A stretch of DNA of 53,049 nt from an uncultured Candidatus Saccharibacteria bacterium (GTDB lineage: Bacteria > Patescibacteriota > Minisyncoccia > Phycocordibacterales > Zambryskibacteraceae): the NCBI GenBank assembly GCA_964553285.1, contig CAZKKF010000001.1, forward strand, positions 55,537 to 108,585, given 5' to 3'. This document shows, one piece after another, positions 24,000 to 30,729 of this stretch (position 1 is the stretch's first letter; every line of letters begins with the position of its first letter). The notes below the pieces were generated by a model. That model was not told where the DNA came from, ran no database searches, and was given only the letters and a program-made list of their open reading frames with translations. Position numbers and translations under genes: made by a program.

Positions 24000-24476
24000 A
24001 TGACGAAAGATGCGCGTGCATCGCTGGTGAAAGTTACCGGAGGGTTTTTCCTCAAGACAGGGGATGGCCGCACCGCTCCGGGGCTTCTTTTGTCCGGACA
24101 TTACCACTATGTGGTGGGGATGGCCCGGCGTTTTGTGGAAAGCCCGAGTTTCCGCATTTCCCAAGAGGCGGGCAAGGTGGAACTTGCCCTGGTGGAGTTC
24201 AGGTACAACCCATCCGATGCGGATGTGCTCACCGAGATTGCGGAAAGGGGCCTTGAAAGACCCACCGAGGAGGACGTCCTGCGCTTCGGATTGAAGTACT
24301 CAGGTGAGTACAAGCGCCGGAGGGTGATTTTTCATCATGAGCCGTGGGCGGGGGAAGACGGCAACAAGTACATCCTCACCCTGAGTTCTGCCGAGGGCAA
24401 CCGTGAGCTTGGATGCGCCAGGTTTCCGTTCAAGCGCAACCTTCACGCCGTATTTGCGGCGCGCTGTCCCCGCTAG
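24000..24476 (+). CDS. hypothetical protein (158 aa), GC-rich orphan
   Basis: This is the longest ORF in the region. It has its own promoter, an SD (AAGAGGACGAGATC-ATG) and a downstream hairpin. No motif recognised. Confidence 0.5.
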   Translation: MTKDARASLVKVTGGFFLKTGDGRTAPGLLLSGHYHYVVGMARRFVESPSFRISQEAGKVELALVEFRYNPSDADVLTEIAERGLERPTEEDVLRFGLKYSGEYKRRRVIFHHEPWAGEDGNKYILTLSSAEGNRELGCARFPFKRNLHAVFAARCPR

Positions 24477-24502
24477 TGAGTGACAGAGTTCCATCGTACA
24501 AG

Positions 24503-24531
24503 GGTCCCCTCCATCGCGAGAGGGGCCTTTT
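24503..24531 (+). terminator. rho-independent terminator
   Basis: The cccctc ... gagggg stem is followed by ccTTTT. Confidence 0.6.
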
Positions 24532-24558
24532 GCATTATTCTGATATCATTTGGGCGGC

Positions 24559-24575
24559 ATAAACAATGAAAGTTT
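24559..24575 (+). repeat. 17-nt direct repeat, copy 1 (ATAAACAATGAAAGTTT)
   Basis: Identical to 24619-24635, exactly 60 nt upstream and in the same frame. It opens an 18-codon uORF (24566-24622, MKVWKPVDNSKVRPWIAI). Confidence 0.9.
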
Positions 24576-24582
24576 GGAAACC

Positions 24583-24591
24583 TGTGGATAA
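24583..24591 (-). promoter_or_regulatory. perfect DnaA-box 9-mer (TTATCCACA)
   Basis: tgtggataa on the plus strand. It is a single copy and its function is unknown. Confidence 0.25.
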
Positions 24592-24618
24592 CTCCAAGGT
24601 GAGACCTTGGATTGCAAT

Positions 24619-24635
24619 ATAAACAATGAAAGTTT
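24619..24635 (+). repeat. 17-nt direct repeat, copy 2 (contains rnhB start)
   Basis: Identical to 24559-24575. The ATG at 24626 is the rnhB start. Confidence 0.9.
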
Positions 24636-25243
24636 TAGGTAAAAATATTCCAAGCAAATATGACTTTGTTGTGGGGGTGGACGAGGCCGGAAGAGGCCCT
24701 CTGGCGGGGCCTGTGGCTCTGGGTGCGGTTGTTATACACAAAGATTTTGATGAAGCTTTTTTTGAAGGCATCAGGGATTCAAAAAAACTTTCAGAAGAAA
24801 AAAGGGAAGAGTGGTTTGCTTTGGCAAAAGAACTGAAGAAAGATGGAAAGATTGATTTTGCAGTTTGCCTGGTATCGGAAAATATTATTGATAAGCGCGG
24901 GATCTCTTATGCCATACGTTTGGGTATCAAAAGATGTCTGGAAAAACTGAAAGTCTCTGAAAAGGCGCAAATATTTCTTGATGGCGGCATAAAAGCGCCG
25001 GAAAATTTTGTTTTTCAGCAAACCATCATAAAAGGGGATGAGTCTGTGCCTGTTATTTCCCTGGCATCCATCTGCGCCAAGGTTACAAGAGACAGATATA
25101 TGGTAAAGCTATCCAAAAAACACCCTAAATACGGATTTGATGTTCATAAGGGATATGGCACCCGGATGCATAGGGACGCTATCAAGAGACATGGTCCGGA
25201 AGAACCGCATAGGACAAGCTTTTTACGGCACTTGACAAAATAG
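24626..25243 (+). CDS. rnhB: ribonuclease HII
   Basis: VGVDEAGRGPLAGPV is the active-site motif, with SIxAK and HKGYGT motifs further on. 205 aa. Confidence 0.9.
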   Translation: MKVLGKNIPSKYDFVVGVDEAGRGPLAGPVALGAVVIHKDFDEAFFEGIRDSKKLSEEKREEWFALAKELKKDGKIDFAVCLVSENIIDKRGISYAIRLGIKRCLEKLKVSEKAQIFLDGGIKAPENFVFQQTIIKGDESVPVISLASICAKVTRDRYMVKLSKKHPKYGFDVHKGYGTRMHRDAIKRHGPEEPHRTSFLRHLTK

Positions 25244-25260
25244 TTAATTTTGTGTATATA
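25232..25260 (+). promoter_or_regulatory. sigma70-like promoter inside rnhB 3' end
   Basis: TTGACA (25232-25237), N17, TATATA (25255-25260). The leader carries the SD AGGAGAGG before ATG 25308. Confidence 0.55.
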
Positions 25261-25307
25261 AAAGCGCAGAATCGCGTAGGTAAACCAACTCTTCTCTAGG
25301 AGAGGCA

Positions 25308-26384
25308 ATGCGCAAGTTCATTTCCAATCTGGTTCGCGCTCTCTTCAGACCGAAGGGGGTGGAAGTTGAGGTGATCGACCCTGTTCAGGAGTTTAGGCGG
25401 CAGCTTGGGCTCGGAGCCGAGAAGAAGGGCAGAAGGTTCGTCATGGAGTGGAAAGGTTTCCATGTCTCGAAAGGGTGGACGGTAGCTCTCTGGGTTTTTT
25501 CGTGGTCTTTCTGGGGGTTCTCTGCTGCCTTCTTTGGCAGGGGTGTCTTCGCATTATTTTGTAGTTTATCTTTCTTGCTACCCTTTCTCTTTCTTGATGA
25601 GATCCCGGAGAAAGATCAAACCGGAATGATATTCTCCAGACTTATGTGGTTAAACGGTTTGTTTGTTACTCTGAACCTTCTCGCCACAGGGCAGTTCTTC
25701 CCAAGCTTGATTCCGTTTCTGACCACGCTTGCACTTTTGTTCCGGAATGGGGTTGTGATTAGCGACAAGAAGGCTGAGCTCGAGAAGAACGTTGAGGAGC
25801 GAATGACAGAGCTCTTTGACGAGTTTGTGCAGAAGCACCGCCCCGACCTTCTTGAGGAGAATTCTCTCTTCAACCTTGAGATGAAAAATATTTCCGAGAA
25901 GCTCGGAAAGCTCAAGGACATTAGCTCGCGCTTTGAAGGCGAGCTTAGGGTGGAGCAAGGGAAGGATGCTGTCCGGCACCAATTCATTGAAGCTGAGATC
26001 GGAAGGATCAATGCTGAGGTGGAGAGGCTTGAGAGCGAGAAGCGAGATCGGGAGGAAGCAAAGGGCGAGATGCTCCAAGCCCTCCAGGTCTTTGAAGCGA
26101 TCAAGGCGGAAGCTACGGCTCATGTTCGTCTGGAGTCCCTCTCTTCTGAAGCCGACAAGTATATCGGTGAGGCGAGTAGGAGCAGTGACAGGGCAAGGGC
26201 CGAGATTGACCGCCTGAAAGGTCGCATCTTGGATGCTCTTCTCGTCATGAACCGTGCCGCAGAGAGGCTTGGCCTCAGCTCCGTCGCCAAGCTCAATGAC
26301 CCGAGACTTGAGTTCTTTGAGTCCCGAGTGGAGGAAGTTGTCCTTCCAAGCATTGAGAGAGAGAAGAAGCTTCACCTGATGTAA
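25308..26384 (+). CDS. hypothetical polytopic membrane protein with long C-terminal coiled coil
   Basis: 358 aa with about 4 hydrophobic helices between residues 55 and 150. About 200 aa of E/K/R/L heptad-like sequence follows. It has a strong SD. No domain recognised. Confidence 0.55.
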   Translation: MRKFISNLVRALFRPKGVEVEVIDPVQEFRRQLGLGAEKKGRRFVMEWKGFHVSKGWTVALWVFSWSFWGFSAAFFGRGVFALFCSLSFLLPFLFLDEIPEKDQTGMIFSRLMWLNGLFVTLNLLATGQFFPSLIPFLTTLALLFRNGVVISDKKAELEKNVEERMTELFDEFVQKHRPDLLEENSLFNLEMKNISEKLGKLKDISSRFEGELRVEQGKDAVRHQFIEAEIGRINAEVERLESEKRDREEAKGEMLQALQVFEAIKAEATAHVRLESLSSEADKYIGEASRSSDRARAEIDRLKGRILDALLVMNRAAERLGLSSVAKLNDPRLEFFESRVEEVVLPSIEREKKLHLM

Positions 26385-26396
26385 GCCAGATTTGAG

Positions 26397-26436
26397 GGGC
26401 CCAAGCGCAGTTAATGTACGCGCTTGGGCCCTTTTT
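26397..26436 (+). terminator. rho-independent terminator (12-bp GC stem + T5)
   Basis: gggcccaagcgc ... gcgcttgggccc followed by ttttt. Confidence 0.85.
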
Positions 26437-26485
26437 GATACACAAAATCAAAAGTCGCCGCGAGCTGTTTGATATTTATTCTCAG

Positions 26486-26513
26486 TTGCTTTTTTGGCCT
26501 CTATCAATATAAT
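26486..26513 (+). promoter_or_regulatory. sigma70-like promoter for rpmF operon
   Basis: TTGCTT (26486-26491), N16, TATAAT (26508-26513), N7, ATG 26521. Confidence 0.6.
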
Positions 26514-26520
26514 AAGCGCC

Positions 26521-26745
26521 ATGGTTGTAAGAATGAGACATACGCGGGCGCATACCGCAAACAGGCGCAGTCATCATGCCCTGAAGAATCCGCCTATCGG
26601 CAAAGACAAGGCGGGCAATGTGCATTTGCGCCACAGGATGGATCCCACTACCGGCTCCTACAGGGGCAGGGTGGTGGTGGACGTGGCCGCCAAGGCTACG
26701 CGCCGCGCGGCAAAGAAATCCAAGCAGGAAAAAAGCGTAGCCTAA
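26521..26745 (+). CDS. rpmF: 50S ribosomal protein L32 (Cys-less)
   Basis: MVVRMRHTRAHTANRRSHHAL...LRHR matches the L32 N-terminal signature. The protein has no Cys. 74 aa. Confidence 0.8.
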   Translation: MVVRMRHTRAHTANRRSHHALKNPPIGKDKAGNVHLRHRMDPTTGSYRGRVVVDVAAKATRRAAKKSKQEKSVA

Positions 26746-26797
26746 GCGCTCTTTGTTCCTGCGTGCGGTTTGCTCTCATTCTTTGGCTGATTGTTCT

Positions 26798-27721
26798 ATG
26801 GCAAACAGGCATCTTTCACGATCGGTCGCACTTCAATCCCTTTTTGAGTGGGATTTTAGTTCGCTTGATCCAAAAGGAGCCCTGTCTGTATTGCATCGCA
26901 ATTCAGTGGAATTTGCCCCCGGAATGACAGATCTATCTTTTGCAGAGACTCTCTTGGAGGGTGTCGTGGCCAAAAAAAGCGACTTGGACAAAATAATCAC
27001 CAAGGCCGCTCCCGACTGGCCCATTGAGAAAATATCTTCTGTTGACAGGAATGTTTTGCGTATAGGTTTGTACGAGCTTCTATTTGCAGACAGGAGCGAA
27101 GTGCCCCCAAAAGTTGCCATCAATGAAGCCATAGAGCTTGCCAAAACATTTGGAGGCGATACCTCGGGCAAGTTTGTGAACGGCGTTTTGGGTGCTGTGT
27201 ACAAGGAGCTTGGCGAGCCCGGAAAGGATGAAGTTTCCGCCAAGAAGGGCGGTCTCAAAAATGGCCTGAAGAACAGTGTTTCAGACGAAGACGCAAAACC
27301 GGTAAACCTGGGCGGAGCCATTGTCTATGCCATTCACGATGACGATGTGTATATCGCTTTGGTGCATGATGTCTTTGGCCACTGGACTCTTTCAAAAGGG
27401 ACGCTTGCCGAGGGCGAGGAGGTACACTCCGGCACCAAGCGCAAGATAAAAGAAGAAATAGGTCTTGATGTGGAACTTGAAGACGATCTCGGCACCAATT
27501 CTTATATCGCTTTTCATCCGGAGCAGGGAAAGCTCAAGAAAACCGTCCACTATTTTCTCGCTCGCTCGCAGTTTGTGCCGCTCAAGCTTGACTCGGGAGG
27601 GGGGCTGGACGATGCCAGATGGTTTAAGATAAGCCTTATAGGCGATCTCAATTTTTATGATGACGTCTTGCCTATTATGACCAAAGCGGTTACTCTGCTT
27701 TCCACAAAAGTAAAAGCATAA
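26798..27721 (+). CDS. nusB: NusB antitermination factor fused to a C-terminal NUDIX hydrolase domain
   Basis: The N-terminal ~150 aa are NusB-like (RSVALQSLFEWDF...NEAIELAKTFGGDTSGKFVNGVLG). A G/K-rich linker follows. The C-terminal ~130 aa carry a Nudix box, GTLAEGEEVHSGTKRKIKEEIGL (Gx5Ex7R[K]IxEExGL). Confidence 0.8.
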   Translation: MANRHLSRSVALQSLFEWDFSSLDPKGALSVLHRNSVEFAPGMTDLSFAETLLEGVVAKKSDLDKIITKAAPDWPIEKISSVDRNVLRIGLYELLFADRSEVPPKVAINEAIELAKTFGGDTSGKFVNGVLGAVYKELGEPGKDEVSAKKGGLKNGLKNSVSDEDAKPVNLGGAIVYAIHDDDVYIALVHDVFGHWTLSKGTLAEGEEVHSGTKRKIKEEIGLDVELEDDLGTNSYIAFHPEQGKLKKTVHYFLARSQFVPLKLDSGGGLDDARWFKISLIGDLNFYDDVLPIMTKAVTLLSTKVKA

Positions 27722-27734
27722 CAGAGCATAAAGA

Positions 27735-28430
27735 ATGAATACCGATTACCAGGCATTTGAAGAGAAGATAGGGGTGGTTTTTGCGGACAAGGTCATTTTA
27801 CGACAGGCCTTTACCCATCGCTCGTATCTAAATGAGAACCGCAAACTGGACTGGGGCCACAACGAGCGCTTGGAGTTTTTGGGGGACGCGGTGCTTGAGC
27901 TTATTGTTACCGATTTTCTTTTTCGGGCTTATGCAGACAAGGACGAGGGCGAGATGACCTCTTTGCGCTCGGCGGTGGTAAAGGCCGAAACCCTGGCCTC
28001 TGTGGGTGTGGATATAGGTCTCAACGACCACCTCCTTATGGCTCGCGGCGAGGCAAAGGACCTCGGCCGGGCCAGGCTGTCTATACTTGCAAATACCATG
28101 GAGGCGGTTATAGGCGCCATCTATATTGATCAAGGGTATGATGCGGCAAAAGATTTTATTTACAGATTTATCGTGCCCATTATCCAGAAGATAGAACAAG
28201 AGGGCGGAGTGCAGATAGACGCCAAGTCAAAGTTCCAGGCCAAGTCACAGGAACATGAGGGAGTCACTCCAAACTACAAAACAGAAAAAGAGATAGGTCC
28301 CGACCACAACAGGCGTTTTGTTGTGGGGGTATATATAGGCAAGGAGAAAGTGGCTTCGGGCGAAGGAGATTCAAAGCAGGTAGCCGAGCAGAATGCCGCC
28401 AGAGCGGCCCTCATCACCAAGGGGTGGTAA
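27735..28430 (+). CDS. rnc: ribonuclease III
   Basis: Has the NERLEFLGDAVLE signature and a C-terminal dsRBD (GPDHNRRF...GEGDSKQVAEQNAA). Confidence 0.92.
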   Translation: MNTDYQAFEEKIGVVFADKVILRQAFTHRSYLNENRKLDWGHNERLEFLGDAVLELIVTDFLFRAYADKDEGEMTSLRSAVVKAETLASVGVDIGLNDHLLMARGEAKDLGRARLSILANTMEAVIGAIYIDQGYDAAKDFIYRFIVPIIQKIEQEGGVQIDAKSKFQAKSQEHEGVTPNYKTEKEIGPDHNRRFVVGVYIGKEKVASGEGDSKQVAEQNAARAALITKGW

Positions 28431-28500
28431 AACTCTTTCTCTAAGTGCGTACGGCAAATTGGCCTTGAAAGTGATAATATAAGGGTCAAATAATAAGGGC

Positions 28501-30717
28501 ATGTATCTCAAGTCTATTGAAATCACAGGATTCAAATCCTTCGCCAAAAAAAGCGAATTTGTTTTTAGCTCTCCCATATCTGCCATAGTGGGGCCAAACG
28601 GCTCCGGCAAGTCAAACGTGGCCGAAGCTTTTCGCTTTGTGCTTGGCGAGCAGTCTATGAAATCCATGCGCGGCAAGCGCGGAGAGGATCTTATATTCAA
28701 CGGCACGCCGGATGTGCCCAGGGTCAACAGGGCGGCGGTGAAGCTTGTTTTTGACAATTCAAAAAAAGTTTTTCAAACGCTTGATTTTGACGAGGTGGCC
28801 ATAGAGCGCACGGTGGAGCGCGACGGGACAAACGAGTATTTCGTAAACGGCTCCAAAGTTCGCCTCAAGGATATTCTGGAGATTCTCTCAACCGCCCATA
28901 TCGGCGCGTCCGGGCACCACATCATATCGCAGGGCGAGGCGGACAGAATACTTTCTTCAAGCGCCAAAGAGCGCAGGGAAATGATAGAAGACGCATTGGG
29001 TCTCAAGGTGTTTCAGTACAAAAAAGAAGAGAGCGAGCGAAAGCTTGAAAAGACCAAAGAGAATCGGGAAAAAGTGGAAAGCCTGCGAAGGGAGATTGCT
29101 CCTCATTTGAGGTTTCTCAAAAAGCAGATGGACAAGCTTGCGGAAGGGGAGAATACCAGACGCGCTTTGCTTGATGAGGCGGTGGCATATTTTGCCGATG
29201 AGGAGCTTTATATAGGGTCCGAATTGGAAAATATCTCATCCCGCAGGGCTCCTTTGGAAAAAGATAAGGATGAGACAGAGAAAAAAATTGCGACAGCGCG
29301 TGCGGCTCTTTCTTCCGCCTCCGGCGCCCATGGCCGAAGCGATGAACTTTCCTTGCTTGAGCGGGGTTTATCTGAAGTGAGAGCCAGAGCGGGAGATATA
29401 GTCCGCAGTATGGGGCGTATTGAGGGTGAGTTGTCGGTTCTTGCGAGAGAGAGCGAACGCAGGGTGGAAGGTGAGAGTACCGTGCCGCTCCAGAACATTG
29501 AGTCGCTTTTCACTTCAGTAAAACAAGGATGGAAGAAAGCTCTTGAGAGCCTCAAGCCGGAGGACATGATGGGAGCCTTCAGGGCAACGGAGAATCTTTT
29601 TGCGGATTTTATAAAGAAGCATAAAGGTGAAAATGCCGCCGGAGACAGGGAAAAAGAAATAAAAGAGCTTGAGATAAAGCAGAATTCCCTGGCCAAGGAA
29701 CTTGATGAAGCGAGAAAAAAAGAGCAGAGCCTCTCTGTGGAGCTTGCTACGCTTTCTCGCGTCATAGAAGAGCAAAAGGAGTCGGGACATGCGGCGGAAA
29801 AGGAGCTTTACGAGCTTTTGTCAAAAGAAAAAGACCTCTGCGTTTCTATTGCCTCTCTTGTGCAGGAAGAGTCAAATCTGCGTCTGCTTAAGGAGGGTCT
29901 GGACAGAGAGAAGCGCGAGGTGGGTGCCATGGTTGGCGTTGGGCTGGTTGAAAATCTCCGATCTTTTGAAGGAAGCCGTGATCGCGGCGCAAACAGACAG
30001 GCACAGCAGGAGAGAGCCAAAGGCATAGAGAGATTAAAAATTAGACTTGAAGAATCCGGTCTTTCCAATTCCGGAGACATAGAAAAAGAATATAGAGAAA
30101 CCTCAGAGAGGGACGCTTTTCTGGAAAGAGAGATAGCCGATCTGGCGGCGGCCACAATCTCGCTTGAAGAAATCATTGCCGATTTGTCCCGCCGCCTGGA
30201 GGAAGATTTTGCTGTCGGTATAAAAAGAATTAGCGAAGAATTCAAAAAGTTTTTTGTGCTTATGTTTGGCGGCGGCGATGCCTCTATAACCCTTTTGAAA
30301 AAACAGCCAAAGCCGGATGAAGATGAGCTGGAAGATGGAATTGCTGGTCGGGAAGGGGATATTTCCGGCATTGAGGTTAAGGTATCTTTGCCCCGCAAGA
30401 AAATATCCGGTCTTATGATGCTCTCCGGCGGCGAGAGGGCGCTTACTTCCATAGCGCTACTTTTTGCAATGAGCCAGGTAAACCCTCCGCCGTTTATCAT
30501 ACTAGATGAAACTGATGCCGCTTTGGACGAATCAAACTCCAGAAAATACAGCGACATGATAGAGTCTTTGTCGCTCAAGTCCCAGCTAGTGGTCATAACT
30601 CACAACAGGGAGACCATGTCTCGCGCGGGCGTAATCTACGGCGTTACCATGGCAGGTTCAGGTATCTCTAAGGTGCTCTCAATCGCTTTTGAAGAAGCGG
30701 AGGCGGTAGCTAAATAA
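28501..30717 (+). CDS. smc: SMC-family chromosome condensation ATPase, short (738 aa), no recognisable hinge
   Basis: The N-terminal head has Walker A (GPNGSGKSNVAEAFRFVLGEQS). The C-terminal head has the signature and Walker B motifs (LSGGERALTSIALLFAM...FIILDETDAALD). Only about 430 aa of coiled coil lie between them. Confidence 0.8.
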   Translation: MYLKSIEITGFKSFAKKSEFVFSSPISAIVGPNGSGKSNVAEAFRFVLGEQSMKSMRGKRGEDLIFNGTPDVPRVNRAAVKLVFDNSKKVFQTLDFDEVAIERTVERDGTNEYFVNGSKVRLKDILEILSTAHIGASGHHIISQGEADRILSSSAKERREMIEDALGLKVFQYKKEESERKLEKTKENREKVESLRREIAPHLRFLKKQMDKLAEGENTRRALLDEAVAYFADEELYIGSELENISSRRAPLEKDKDETEKKIATARAALSSASGAHGRSDELSLLERGLSEVRARAGDIVRSMGRIEGELSVLARESERRVEGESTVPLQNIESLFTSVKQGWKKALESLKPEDMMGAFRATENLFADFIKKHKGENAAGDREKEIKELEIKQNSLAKELDEARKKEQSLSVELATLSRVIEEQKESGHAAEKELYELLSKEKDLCVSIASLVQEESNLRLLKEGLDREKREVGAMVGVGLVENLRSFEGSRDRGANRQAQQERAKGIERLKIRLEESGLSNSGDIEKEYRETSERDAFLEREIADLAAATISLEEIIADLSRRLEEDFAVGIKRISEEFKKFFVLMFGGGDASITLLKKQPKPDEDELEDGIAGREGDISGIEVKVSLPRKKISGLMMLSGGERALTSIALLFAMSQVNPPPFIILDETDAALDESNSRKYSDMIESLSLKSQLVVITHNRETMSRAGVIYGVTMAGSGISKVLSIAFEEAEAVAK

Positions 30718-30729
30718 GATTGGGATAGT

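Noticed and set aside
24477-24625. Replication origin, suggested by a perfect DnaA box, direct repeats and AT-rich sequence upstream of rnhB.
   Set aside because: There is only one DnaA box and no cluster. No dnaA or dnaN lies nearby, and there is no obvious AT-rich 13-mer array. The repeats are explained by a duplication of the rnhB start.
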